NCBI GenBank assembly: GCA_037143155.1
Contig: JBAWZG010000001.1
Span: 3,604-67,603, forward strand
Length of the DNA: 64,000 bases
Source of the DNA: Bacteroidia bacterium
GTDB taxonomy: Bacteria; Bacteroidota; Bacteroidia; Bacteroidales; Prolixibacteraceae
Reading direction: 5' to 3'
Shown here: positions 19,933-29,643 of the stretch, in pieces
How positions within the stretch are numbered: position 1 is the first letter of the stretch
Layout of the letters: every line of letters starts with the position of its first letter
Made by a program: the position numbers and the translations under genes
The notes under the pieces: model-generated
What the model saw: only the letters and a program-made list of their open reading frames with translations
Database searches by the model: none
Told to the model about the DNA's origin: nothing

Positions 19933-21318
19933 TTAGCAATACATATCGTGTTGTCCCTTTTTAACTTTTTCAAGTAACAGAACGGCACGTTCGCGTGCAA
20001 CGCCTTCCATCGAATTGATAACATCTTCAATCAGGTCTTCGCCGATGAGCCGGGTTTCGTATGATGCATAGTCCATCAGGTATTCCATAAAAGTGGAAAT
20101 GGCATTCGGACCGCAATGATTTTTAATATCGCCTGGCTTTGCACGATCCATAAAATCCTGACCAGTTCGTCCGAGCCGGTAACATCCAGTACAGAATGAT
20201 GGAATGTAACCCATTTCAGCCACATCGCGGATCACCTCGTCCAAAGAGCGGTGATCTCCTAAGCAGAACTGACTTCCGTCATCATCGTGCAGCGAATCGG
20301 TGTAACCACCAGGATTGGTGCGGCTTCCGGCCGAAATCTGAGATACGCCAAGCGCAAATGTTTCGCGTCTCATTTGTGCTGCTTCGCGGGTTGACATGAT
20401 GATTCCCGTATAAGGCACTGCCAAACGAAGTATCGCCACAATTTTCCGGAAATCGAGATCCGAAACTGCAAATGGCGGATGTGAGGCAATATCGGAGCCG
20501 GTAGCTGGTTCGAGACGCGGAACACTAACCGTATGAGGTCCGCATCCGAATACCGTTTCGAGTTCACGAATATGCTGCATGAGTGCCAGCAACTCAAACC
20601 GGTGGTCAGCAAGCCCGAAAAGAACACCGATTCCAACATCGCTGATACCGGCTTCCATGGCCCGGTGAAGTGCAGTTACCCGGTAATCGTAGTCTTTTTT
20701 CCTTCCCCCGGTATGTACCTGATGATACGTTTCGTGGTGGTATGTTTCCTGAAAAAGCTGATAGGTTCCAATCTTAGCTTCCTTCAATAATTTAAACTGT
20801 TCTATTTCGAGTGGAGCAACATTCACGTTCACCCTCCGGATTTCACCATTCCCAACTTTGGAATCGTAAACTGAAGCAATGGAATCAATCACATAATTGA
20901 AATCATTCTTCGGATAGGATTCTCCGGCAACCAGCAAAATCCGTTTATGACCCTGCTTGACAAGGATTTCAGCTTCACGTTTAATTTCTGCCTGAGTCAG
21001 CGACCGGCGAACAAGGGCCTTGTTTTTTGCCCTGAAAGCGCAATAGGTACATTCGTTTTCGCACAGATTAGAAATGTAAAGCGGTGCAAAAATGACCAGC
21101 CTTTTCCCGTAAATATTTTCCTTGACATGATTGGCCGTCTCAAACAGTTCGAACAACTGCATCGGATCATTAATATAGGTAAGCACAGCAACATCTTCCA
21201 TGTTAAGACCTTTCATTTCCTTGGCCTTATTGAGCACATCGGTCACTCTTTTCGGATCTGGGTTCCGGGTCAGTTCGAGAACACGGGCAATTTCAATTTC
21301 ATTTATAAATGATGGCAT
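19933..21318 (-). CDS. hydG: [FeFe]-hydrogenase H-cluster maturase, radical SAM tyrosine lyase HydG
   Basis: It has the radical SAM 'CENECTYC' motif, 'IRRVNVNVAPL', 'GTYQLFQETYH', 'VSQISAGSRTNPGGY' and the HydG-specific C-terminal CX2CX22C motif ('CTGCYRLGRTGQDFMDRAKPGDIKNHC'). At 461 aa it is longer than ThiH. Confidence 0.88.
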   Translation of the reverse strand: MPSFINEIEIARVLELTRNPDPKRVTDVLNKAKEMKGLNMEDVAVLTYINDPMQLFELFETANHVKENIYGKRLVIFAPLYISNLCENECTYCAFRAKNKALVRRSLTQAEIKREAEILVKQGHKRILLVAGESYPKNDFNYVIDSIASVYDSKVGNGEIRRVNVNVAPLEIEQFKLLKEAKIGTYQLFQETYHHETYHQVHTGGRKKDYDYRVTALHRAMEAGISDVGIGVLFGLADHRFELLALMQHIRELETVFGCGPHTVSVPRLEPATGSDIASHPPFAVSDLDFRKIVAILRLAVPYTGIIMSTREAAQMRRETFALGVSQISAGSRTNPGGYTDSLHDDDGSQFCLGDHRSLDEVIRDVAEMGYIPSFCTGCYRLGRTGQDFMDRAKPGDIKNHCGPNAISTFMEYLMDYASYETRLIGEDLIEDVINSMEGVARERAVLLLEKVKKGQHDMYC

Positions 21319-21342
21319 GAATGGGAAGTTTTAATAAAAAGT

Positions 21343-21350
21343 CAAAGGTA
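21343..21350 (-). promoter_or_regulatory. Candidate -7 promoter box for hydG
   Basis: The minus strand reads TACCTTTG (TAnnTTTG), 25 nt upstream of the hydG ATG. Confidence 0.4.
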
Positions 21351-21434
21351 ATATTCGGGACTCAAATTGTATGATTTTATGTCCAATTATTGTGATATAC
21401 TTGCATCTTCTTTTCAACCTGATGAAATAACAAA

Positions 21435-22040
21435 ATGGATGAAATCCTGATCCGGAGCATCTCCATAATTAGTGTATCGCTCCTGAACCTTGCCATTACA
21501 TTCTGGTATTGCTGGCTCACTTACAAACAGCGAATTAAACCGGCATTAGCCATGTGGATTTTTTTCACTATTGCGGTAGGAATCAGCCTGACTACGTATA
21601 TGAAAGCAGATCATTTCAGCCTGCTGGACAACATTCTGAACACAACCGATCTGGCCCTGACTGCTATTATTTCCATTGCCATTTATTTGTTTGGTGATCA
21701 TACCACCCGGTTTAGCCGATTCGATAAAGGTTGCCTGATTGCGGTCTCGATCATTGTACTTTTTTGGTTCGTAACCAAAAACCATGTGATAACCCACACG
21801 CTGACTCAGGGAATACTGGTAATTGCTTATTTCCCAGTCATCAGCAGATTATGGAAAACAAGGGAAAACGGGGAATCATTTCTCATCTGGTCTGGGATGT
21901 TACTTGCTCCTTTGCTTTCACTTTTATCGAGCAAAGGAATGCTTGCAACCATTTATTCTGTGCGGGCAATTGTTTGCATTTCAATCCTGATGATTTTGAT
22001 GCTTCGGGTCGAATACTTAAAGCAAAAACGGCTTGTTTGA
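21435..22040 (+). CDS. Hypothetical polytopic membrane protein (about 6-7 TM)
   Basis: The hydrophobicity pattern indicates a membrane protein. I recognise no family motif. Confidence 0.5.
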   Translation: MDEILIRSISIISVSLLNLAITFWYCWLTYKQRIKPALAMWIFFTIAVGISLTTYMKADHFSLLDNILNTTDLALTAIISIAIYLFGDHTTRFSRFDKGCLIAVSIIVLFWFVTKNHVITHTLTQGILVIAYFPVISRLWKTRENGESFLIWSGMLLAPLLSLLSSKGMLATIYSVRAIVCISILMILMLRVEYLKQKRLV

Positions 22041-22089
22041 GTGCAAAATAAATCTAATTTTGTACATCACTCTCTAAAATACCACCGTT

Positions 22090-22665
22090 ATGCCATCTGA
22101 AAATACCATTGGAGAAAAAATCAAGCAAATTCGGGAAATGCGGAAGGTCAGCATTGATGAGCTTTCCGAACGAAGTGGTATGGATATCGCCCTGGTCCAG
22201 AAAATTGAAGAAGGGAAGAACGTTCCGTCACTTGCTCCACTTATTAAAATTGCCCGCGCACTTGGAGTGCGGTTGGGGACTTTTCTTGACGACAGTGACT
22301 CCTACGGACCAGTAGTCGTTCGTGCAGGTGATCATCAAAAAGGGGTCCGGTTTACATCGCAATCCAGTGAAGTCCGTGAACATCTGAACTTCTTCTCACT
22401 GGCATTCGATAAAGCCGGACGAAACATGGAACCATTTATCGTTGATATTGAACCCGGGCAACAGTCAGATTATATGCTGTCGTCGCACGAAGGCGAAGAG
22501 TTTATCTATGTTCTGGAAGGTGAAGTTGAAATCAATTACGGCAAAGAAATATACAAGCTTGGAAAAGGCGATAGTATCTATCTCGACTCCATCGTGTTGC
22601 ACAATGTTCACGCCGGGAACAAGCAGTCGGCCCGGATTCTGGCCGTAATTTATGCACCCTTCTAA
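22090..22665 (+). CDS. XRE-family HTH transcriptional regulator with a C-terminal cupin domain
   Basis: The N-terminal HTH_3 region is '[25 protein letters not shown]...'. The C-terminal cupin is '[15 protein letters not shown]...[14 protein letters not shown]'. Confidence 0.85.
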   Translation: MPSENTIGEKIKQIREMRKVSIDELSERSGMDIALVQKIEEGKNVPSLAPLIKIARALGVRLGTFLDDSDSYGPVVVRAGDHQKGVRFTSQSSEVREHLNFFSLAFDKAGRNMEPFIVDIEPGQQSDYMLSSHEGEEFIYVLEGEVEINYGKEIYKLGKGDSIYLDSIVLHNVHAGNKQSARILAVIYAPF

Positions 22666-22694
22666 CTTCTGATTTATCCTTTCAAACTAATTCC

Positions 22695-24347
22695 ATGCAA
22701 TTACTCGATTATACGCTGGGCGAACTACTCGAAAAATACGCCATTGAAGCACCCGACAGGGAATTCATGGTATATGCCGACCGGAATTTACGGTTCACTT
22801 ATTCACAGTTTAACGATAGGGTGGATCAGTTGGCCAAAGGACTTTTATATATTGGAGTAGTACCAGGCGACAAAGTTGGTATCTGGGCCAATAATGTTCC
22901 CGATTGGCTAACCTTTATGTTTGCTACAGCCAAGATCGGTGCAGTGCTGGTTACAATCAATACCAGTTATAAATCAACTGAGTTGGAATACCTGCTCCGG
23001 AATGCCGATATTCACACCCTTTGCATGGTCGATGGTTTCCGCGACAGCGATTATGTGAATATGATTTTTGATTTGGTGCCCGAATTGAAAAACAGTCAGC
23101 GTGGAAGTCTGAAAAGTGAAAAATTTCCAAAACTCACGAATGTAATATTTATCGGGCCCCAGAAACACCGCGGGATGTACAACACTTCGGAACTCATGCT
23201 GTTGGGAAGCCACATCGATGAATTTGAACTGGAACAGATAAAAGAAAATATTTCATGCCACGATGTGGTCAACATGCAATATACTTCCGGAACAACCGGA
23301 TTTCCCAAAGGAGTTATGCTTACGCATCACAACATCCTGAACAACGGTTTCGCTGCAGGCGAATGCATGAAATTCACATCCCGGGAGCGTTTGCTGGTTT
23401 GTGTTCCGCTGTTCCATTGTTTTGGCTGCGTTCTGGCTTTATGCGCTGTAATTACGCATGGCTGCACCATGGTCCTGGTCGAGGATTTTGATCCATTGAT
23501 GGTATTGGCTTCCGTAGAAAAAGAAAAATGCACTGCATTGTATGGTGTTCCGACCATGTTTATCGCCGAGCTGAACCATCCCATGTTCAGCATGTTCGAT
23601 TTGAGTTCGCTTCGCACTGGAATCATGGCCGGATCGCTCTGCCCCATCGAAACAATGAATCAGGTGATGCAGAAAATGAATATGAAAGATATCATCATCG
23701 TGTATGGCCTGACTGAAACTTCTCCGGGAATGACTGCTACACGAACGCACAATTCTCCTGAAGTACGTGCAACAACAGTCGGCTTTGAGTTTCCCAATGT
23801 GGAAGTTAAAATTGTCAATCCGGAAACAGGAAAAGACTCTCCGGATGGCGAACAGGGCGAAATCTGCTGCCGGGGCTACAACCTGATGAAAGGCTATTAC
23901 AACAATCCGGAAGAAACAGCAAAAGTAATCGATCAGGATGGCTGGCTTCATTCAGGCGATCTGGGAGTGAAAACTCCGGATGGATTCTATCGCATCACCG
24001 GACGCATCAAAGACTTGATTATCCGTGGCGGCGAAAACATCTCACCACGCGAAATTGAGAACTTCATTTACACCATGCCCGAAGTGGAAGCCGTAGAAGT
24101 AGTTGGTATTCCAAGCAAAAAATACGGCGAGCAAGTTGGGGCTTTTGTCAAACTCAAAACTGATGCTCACCTTACTGAGGAAGATATTCAGGAGTTCTGC
24201 CGCGGTAAAATTGCCCGGTACAAAATTCCTCACTTTGTCTTCTTTGTTAATGAATTTCCGATGACCGCCAGCGGCAAAATCCAGAAATACAAACTCAGGG
24301 AACTAAGTCTTGAACTACTCAAGAATAGTGGGATTGAAGTGGTATAA
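22695..24347 (+). CDS. AMP-dependent acyl-CoA synthetase/ligase
   Basis: It has the AMP-binding signature '[18 protein letters not shown]', 'YGLTETSP', 'GWLHSGDLG' and the C-terminal '[10 protein letters not shown]'. Confidence 0.85.
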   Translation: MQLLDYTLGELLEKYAIEAPDREFMVYADRNLRFTYSQFNDRVDQLAKGLLYIGVVPGDKVGIWANNVPDWLTFMFATAKIGAVLVTINTSYKSTELEYLLRNADIHTLCMVDGFRDSDYVNMIFDLVPELKNSQRGSLKSEKFPKLTNVIFIGPQKHRGMYNTSELMLLGSHIDEFELEQIKENISCHDVVNMQYTSGTTGFPKGVMLTHHNILNNGFAAGECMKFTSRERLLVCVPLFHCFGCVLALCAVITHGCTMVLVEDFDPLMVLASVEKEKCTALYGVPTMFIAELNHPMFSMFDLSSLRTGIMAGSLCPIETMNQVMQKMNMKDIIIVYGLTETSPGMTATRTHNSPEVRATTVGFEFPNVEVKIVNPETGKDSPDGEQGEICCRGYNLMKGYYNNPEETAKVIDQDGWLHSGDLGVKTPDGFYRITGRIKDLIIRGGENISPREIENFIYTMPEVEAVEVVGIPSKKYGEQVGAFVKLKTDAHLTEEDIQEFCRGKIARYKIPHFVFFVNEFPMTASGKIQKYKLRELSLELLKNSGIEVV

Positions 24348-24511
24348 TCGGCCACCGTCCGGCGTCTTTCAAGTCTGGCTCACTATTTAAGCTTTCATTT
24401 AATTCTGCCCATTTTCAGCAAAGCAAATGCTTTTCCTGACTTCAGAATTATGCGGTCTGATACTTCGAAAACTTTCTTTTAACTCACAACTAATGGATAA
24501 TGTTTTTTAAT

Positions 24512-24554
24512 ATCTATAAATCTATATATTTGTATAATATATAGATTTATAGAT
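24512..24554. promoter_or_regulatory. 18-bp perfect inverted repeat (candidate operator or structured leader) with an embedded TAnnTTTG box
   Basis: atctataaatctatatat (24512-24529) is the exact reverse complement of atatatagatttatagat (24537-24554). TATATTTG lies at 24525-24532. The element is about 200 bp upstream of the LamG-repeat gene. Confidence 0.4.
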
Positions 24555-24754
24555 TTAGAATAAAACCATTTTTTTGACTATTTACACATCAAAGTCATAG
24601 GATCTGACATAAGCATTCAATATCTTTAAACAAAACTAAATATTGACAAAAGCAAACTGTTCCACGAGTTTGCGAGTTCAACCCAATTCCGAAGCCTAAA
24701 AAATTAAGAAGCTTAAATTGATATCTTAAATTGTTTAATTAAAACTATATCGTT

Positions 24755-26974
24755 ATGAAACATCGTTTACCTTGGTTATTTGGATTATTGATTGTTTTGT
24801 TTGTGAATTTCACTGCAAGTGCACAGGTTCCTGAAAGAAAAGGATGGTGGAAATTTGATGACGCCGCGAATCTCCTCAAAGCTGATATCGGAACTGCCCT
24901 AACCGGGGACGGAACTCCCGTTGAAGGTCCTACTGCCAACAATAAGGCCATACAGGTTGCACTTGGAAGCTATTTGACGATGAATCATGGTATTGCTGCC
25001 AATGGCGGTGGTACTACTGTAAATGAATATACACTTCAAATCGATTTTTCTGTTCCGGAAACGGGAAAATGGTACTCCTTCTTCCAGACAGATCTTACAA
25101 ACGAAAGTGATGCAGAATTATTTATCAAAAACTCCTCCAATTCTATCGGTGTCGGAGATGTAGGATACACCAGCAAAGTCGTTGCGGCAAACACCTGGTA
25201 CAGAATGGTGGTATCTGTCAAAAATGGAGAATTTTTCAAAGTTTATATTGATGGGGCACTATGGCTTGATGGAACCGGACAAGCTGTTGATGGCAGGTTT
25301 GGACTTTTGAGTTCACTTTTGATTTTTGCAGATAATGATGGAGATGATGCCACCATAAATTGTTCTGAACTCGGTATTTGGGACCTCGCTTTGGATGCTG
25401 ATCAGGCCGCTTCATTAGGTGGTGCAAATAATGCGCATGTTCCGGTAAGAACTAAATTGGGATGGTGGAAATTTGACGATCCGGCTAACTTATTAAAAGC
25501 TGAAATCGGAAGTCCATTGGTATTAACTGGTACCCAGGAATCGGTTGCCGGACCAACCATAGCTAATAAAGCAACAAAAATTGGACTGGGAAGCTACCTG
25601 GAAATGACAGATGGTCTGCTTGCCAACGGAGGTGGAACCATGGTAAATGAATACTCCATTCAGCTCGATTTTTCTATTCCGGAGACTGGCAAATGGTATT
25701 CGTTTATTCAGACTGACCTAACAAACACAAGTGATGCAGACCTATTTATAAACAAAAACTTCAATACAATCGGAACTGCGGTCACCACCTATTCGACCAA
25801 AACAGTTTCAGCAAATACCTGGTACCGAATGGTCCTTACAGTTAAGAACGGAGAGTTTTTCAAAGTCTATGTAAACGGAGAACTTTGGCTGAATGGCACA
25901 GGACAACCGGTAGATGGAAGGTGGGCACTTGCTGATAAGCTTTTGTTGTTTGCCGACAACGATGGAGACGATTCTCCGATTCTGTGCTCTGAAGCAGCCA
26001 TTTGGGAAGTTGCCTTAAACGAAGCCGAAGTCCTTGCTCTTGGAACTGATCCTACAGCCAATATTCCTGAACGCATGGGTTTATGGAAGTTTGATGATCC
26101 TTCCAATCTAATGAAAGCTGACGTTGGTCTCGACCTTGGAGAAACAGGACCGAATTCCTCGGTTGCCGGACCTGTATCCGGAAACGGCGCAATTGAGGTT
26201 CCGCTGGGAAGTTTTTTAACCATGAAACATGGCAGCTATGGTAACGGAGGCGGTCTTATGGTCAATGAATATACTCTCCAGATCGATTTTTCAGTACCAG
26301 CGCTTGCAACCTGGTACACATTCTTCCAGACTGATCCGACAAACGGCAGTGACGGAGACTTGTTTGTCAGCAAAAATACCAACGCAATTGGAACCCAGCA
26401 AACCTCTTATACGTCCAAAACGATTACCGCAAATACCTGGTACCGTATGCTGGTTACAGTAAAGAACGGCGAATTCTTTAAAGTCTATATGAATGGGGAA
26501 TTATGGCTCGATGGTGCAGGTCAGGCAATAGATGACCGGTTTGCACTGGCCGATGTTCTTTTGTTGTTTGCTGATAACGATGGAGATGATGGAACCATTG
26601 ATTGCTCTGAAGTCGCATTCTGGGATGTTGCCCTGAATCCTGATCAGGCTGCCAAATTGGGAAATGCTTCTACTGTAATTACCGGGATTGCTCAGCAAAA
26701 CCTAAGTGGTAACGCTTCGGATCTGGGTCAGAACTTCCCTAATCCGTTTACAAATTCCACCATTTTCCCATACCAGGTTCAAAAAGCCGGAAATGTCAGT
26801 TTCCGGGTTATGGATATCGCCGGAAAAGAATTGAGAGTAATCAACGAAGGAGTATTATCGCCGGGAAAATACAATCTGGAAATCCATTCTAACCAATTGA
26901 AAAATGGAATATACTTCCTTCAGATGAAATCTGAACAAGGTGTAACCACACGAAAAATGGTAGTGGCACAATAA
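24755..26974 (+). CDS. T9SS-secreted protein with three tandem LamG-like (concanavalin-type) modules
   Basis: It has a signal peptide, then three ~205-aa repeats (nt 24827-25438, 25439-26062, 26063-26686). Each repeat carries 'WWKFDD.ANL.KA', 'VNEY(T/S)(L/I)Q(I/L)DFS(V/I)P', 'NTWYRM', 'VKNGEFFKVY.(N/D)G.LWL.G', 'FADNDGDD' and 'CSE'. The C-terminus is a T9SS CTD ('NFPNPFTNSTIF...NGIYFLQMK...'). Confidence 0.8.
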   Translation: MKHRLPWLFGLLIVLFVNFTASAQVPERKGWWKFDDAANLLKADIGTALTGDGTPVEGPTANNKAIQVALGSYLTMNHGIAANGGGTTVNEYTLQIDFSVPETGKWYSFFQTDLTNESDAELFIKNSSNSIGVGDVGYTSKVVAANTWYRMVVSVKNGEFFKVYIDGALWLDGTGQAVDGRFGLLSSLLIFADNDGDDATINCSELGIWDLALDADQAASLGGANNAHVPVRTKLGWWKFDDPANLLKAEIGSPLVLTGTQESVAGPTIANKATKIGLGSYLEMTDGLLANGGGTMVNEYSIQLDFSIPETGKWYSFIQTDLTNTSDADLFINKNFNTIGTAVTTYSTKTVSANTWYRMVLTVKNGEFFKVYVNGELWLNGTGQPVDGRWALADKLLLFADNDGDDSPILCSEAAIWEVALNEAEVLALGTDPTANIPERMGLWKFDDPSNLMKADVGLDLGETGPNSSVAGPVSGNGAIEVPLGSFLTMKHGSYGNGGGLMVNEYTLQIDFSVPALATWYTFFQTDPTNGSDGDLFVSKNTNAIGTQQTSYTSKTITANTWYRMLVTVKNGEFFKVYMNGELWLDGAGQAIDDRFALADVLLLFADNDGDDGTIDCSEVAFWDVALNPDQAAKLGNASTVITGIAQQNLSGNASDLGQNFPNPFTNSTIFPYQVQKAGNVSFRVMDIAGKELRVINEGVLSPGKYNLEIHSNQLKNGIYFLQMKSEQGVTTRKMVVAQ

Positions 26975-26994
26975 TTATCAACCGTCAATTTTTT

Positions 26995-27038
26995 AAAGAG
27001 GGTGCTTCCGGAAACGAAGTGCCCTCTTTAATTTTTTC
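26995..27038 (+). terminator. Strong rho-independent terminator between the two LamG-module genes
   Basis: aaagagggtgcttc (26995-27008) pairs with gaagtgccctcttt (27016-27029) as a 14-bp stem including two G-U pairs, and is followed by aatttttt. Confidence 0.75.
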
Positions 27039-27106
27039 CTTTTTAAGCATTACTTTCATAAATTGCACAGTTTCAAACAAACAGAAATACCCATAGGCAT
27101 AGCTCC

Positions 27107-29638
27107 ATGAAAAGATTAATAAATTTTGTCCCGGCTTTATTTCTACTATTATTATCCAATCTGTCTTATGCGACAATCCCGCAAAGAACTGGCTGGTGGA
27201 AGTTTGATAATCCAGCAAATCTCACTAAAGCTGAAGCCGGATTTGGAACTGATCTTGCTCTTACAGGAACCCAGTCTGCCGCTTCAGGACCGGAAACCGG
27301 AAACGGAGCAGTATTGATTGGTCCGGGAAGCTACTACAAAATGAGTCATCAAATCGCGCCAAAATCTCCGGAAACCTATGTGAATGAATATACCATCCAG
27401 TACGATTTCAAAATTCCGCAAAACGGTATCTGGCACAGTTTTTTTCAAACATCGGAAACCAATTCCAACGACGGTGATTTCTTTATCAATCCTTCCGGAA
27501 ACATAGGCGTCGCAGCGGTTGGATACAGTAGTTTTGCCGTTTCCCCCAATGAATGGTACCGCCTGATCATTTCAGTTAAAAACGGGAGTTTCTTTTCCTG
27601 CTATCTCGATGGTAAACTGCTCATGAATGGAACTGTACAAACCATTGATGGACGTTTTTCGCTAAGTGATTTGTTACTGATTTTTGCGGATGACGACGGT
27701 GAAGATGGAAATATATACTGCTCTGAACTGGCATTATGGAGCCAGGCACTTACCGCTGATCAGGCCAAGGAACTGGGTGGTTTTGGCCATGCCGTAAACC
27801 CTAATCTGATGACAAGAATTCCTTACTTGCAGGGTCCGGGACAAACCACCATGAATGTTTGCTGGCATGACACTGCCAGCACAGGAACAAAAGTTGAATA
27901 TGGACTTGATACAACACTAAAGCTTTCAACTGCAGGTAGCAGTGAACTTGTCAGCGATCCGTTTCGCTGGCATACCGTCAAATTATCAGGTCTGCAGGCC
28001 AATACCCGGTATTTTTACCGTGTGGCAAGCGGAACCGGGAAGTCCGGAATTTATTCGTTCAAAACTTTGCCGGATTTAAGTTATACTGGCAAACTCCGGT
28101 TTGTCATGTGCAGCGATACGCATGATAATGATACTACAAATTCATCCAGAGTGCTTCGGGCAGCAAAAGCGAAAATTTCGCAATTGTATGGTTCCGATAT
28201 TGAAAATCACATCAATGGAATCTTTCATTCCGGCGATATCACCATGAGTGGAAATGTTCCTGAACAATATACCTCGCAGTATTTTCGACCAATGTCTGCA
28301 TTGTCTTCCAATATTCCGACCATGGTCGTGGCCGGAAATCACGAAGGCGAAAGTCCGTTTTTCTATAAATACCTGAAACTTGACGATCAATCGGTATTCC
28401 CGACAAATACCGCTCTGAATGAAAAGATCTGGCAGATGCGGGTCGGAAATTCATTGTTTATCGGGCTGAATACCAACATTACCGCGCAATATGGTACGAT
28501 CATGGCAAACTGGCTCGATACCAAACTGATAGAAACAGAGAGTGACACCAGCATCGATTTTGTGTTTTTGTTTATGCATCATCCGCCGTATTCCGAACTA
28601 TGGTTCGACGTGAGTACCTTCGATGGTGGTGCAAATTATGTGAAGAATGTGCTGTTTCCGGTTATAAAAAAATACACCAAAGTTCAGCAACTTCATTCAG
28701 GACATACCCATGGTTTCGAACGGGGCACTGTTCTGTCAGGCAAGGCTGACGGTGATTTCCGGTTTATTATTGGCGGCGGTGGCGGCGGTGCGCTCGACAA
28801 CTGGGGCGATTTTACAAATTACGATTACCCTGATATTCACATCGCACTCGATCAGTTTTGTTTTCAGATTCTGGAAATTGATATGGCCAGCCACTCCTGG
28901 CAAAGTTCAATGTATAGCCTGGGTAACCAGTTTAAGTCACGAAATTCGGAACCGATGGATACCTGGTATAAAAAAACACTTCAACCAGGGCCGGCCACTC
29001 CAGCCATCGAAAATGCTTTATTCAATCCCGAAACTATACAATTCAATAGTTCAGTTTTCTCCGGAACAGATTCCCTGATGACGGTTGAAATGAAGATCAA
29101 TGAACGTTCAGTCAATTCTATTATCGTTTTGGACAGCCTCGCCAATTGGGAAAATATCTATGGCACCGACCAGAATTATATTCCAATCGATAAAAACAGA
29201 GGGATAAATCTGAATCAGTTAAAGATCAAAAAGTCAAAACTATCGGTGGGTAAATCTTATGACTTCAGTGTCCGGTACCGCGATCATAACCTGAAGTGGA
29301 GTGCCTGGTCCAATTCAGTTCCATTCAATACCAATGGAATCATCAGTGGAGTGGATGCGCTTGCCAATTCTTCGGATAATTATCAGCTCAACCAAAACTA
29401 TCCGAATCCTTTCCGCGGCAATACTTCCTTCGCCTACACCATTCCTGAAAAAAGTGACGTAATAATTCGCATTTATGATAAAAATGGACAAATGGTTGAC
29501 CAAATCAGCGAAGGAGTAAAATCAAAAGGAACTTACCAGGTTGACTATCGGGCCAATCGTTTAAGAAGCGATATGTATTTCTATCAGCTGATCACCGGGA
29601 AATTATCGATTACCAAAAAGATGATGAAAATAGACTGA
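27107..29638 (+). CDS. T9SS-secreted LamG-like module fused to a purple-acid-phosphatase-type metallophosphoesterase
   Basis: The N-terminus carries one copy of the same module ('GWWKFDNPANLTKAE', 'VNEYTIQYDF', 'WYRLIISVKNGSFF', 'FADDDGEDG', 'CSE'). A PAP-like N-domain follows ('IPYLQGPGQTTMNVCWHD...RYFYRV'). The metallophosphatase motifs are 'CSDTHD', 'SGDITMSG', 'VAGNHE', 'FMHHPP' and 'GHTHGFERG'. The C-terminus is a T9SS CTD ('NYPNPFRGNTSF...DMYFYQL'). Confidence 0.8.
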   Translation: MKRLINFVPALFLLLLSNLSYATIPQRTGWWKFDNPANLTKAEAGFGTDLALTGTQSAASGPETGNGAVLIGPGSYYKMSHQIAPKSPETYVNEYTIQYDFKIPQNGIWHSFFQTSETNSNDGDFFINPSGNIGVAAVGYSSFAVSPNEWYRLIISVKNGSFFSCYLDGKLLMNGTVQTIDGRFSLSDLLLIFADDDGEDGNIYCSELALWSQALTADQAKELGGFGHAVNPNLMTRIPYLQGPGQTTMNVCWHDTASTGTKVEYGLDTTLKLSTAGSSELVSDPFRWHTVKLSGLQANTRYFYRVASGTGKSGIYSFKTLPDLSYTGKLRFVMCSDTHDNDTTNSSRVLRAAKAKISQLYGSDIENHINGIFHSGDITMSGNVPEQYTSQYFRPMSALSSNIPTMVVAGNHEGESPFFYKYLKLDDQSVFPTNTALNEKIWQMRVGNSLFIGLNTNITAQYGTIMANWLDTKLIETESDTSIDFVFLFMHHPPYSELWFDVSTFDGGANYVKNVLFPVIKKYTKVQQLHSGHTHGFERGTVLSGKADGDFRFIIGGGGGGALDNWGDFTNYDYPDIHIALDQFCFQILEIDMASHSWQSSMYSLGNQFKSRNSEPMDTWYKKTLQPGPATPAIENALFNPETIQFNSSVFSGTDSLMTVEMKINERSVNSIIVLDSLANWENIYGTDQNYIPIDKNRGINLNQLKIKKSKLSVGKSYDFSVRYRDHNLKWSAWSNSVPFNTNGIISGVDALANSSDNYQLNQNYPNPFRGNTSFAYTIPEKSDVIIRIYDKNGQMVDQISEGVKSKGTYQVDYRANRLRSDMYFYQLITGKLSITKKMMKID

Positions 29639-29643
29639 ACGAT

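Noticed and set aside
23439-23951. 170-aa antisense ORF inside the acyl-CoA synthetase gene
   Set aside because: It is a shadow ORF opposite a clearly coding AMP-binding gene. Its composition is His/Arg/Cys-rich and non-protein-like.
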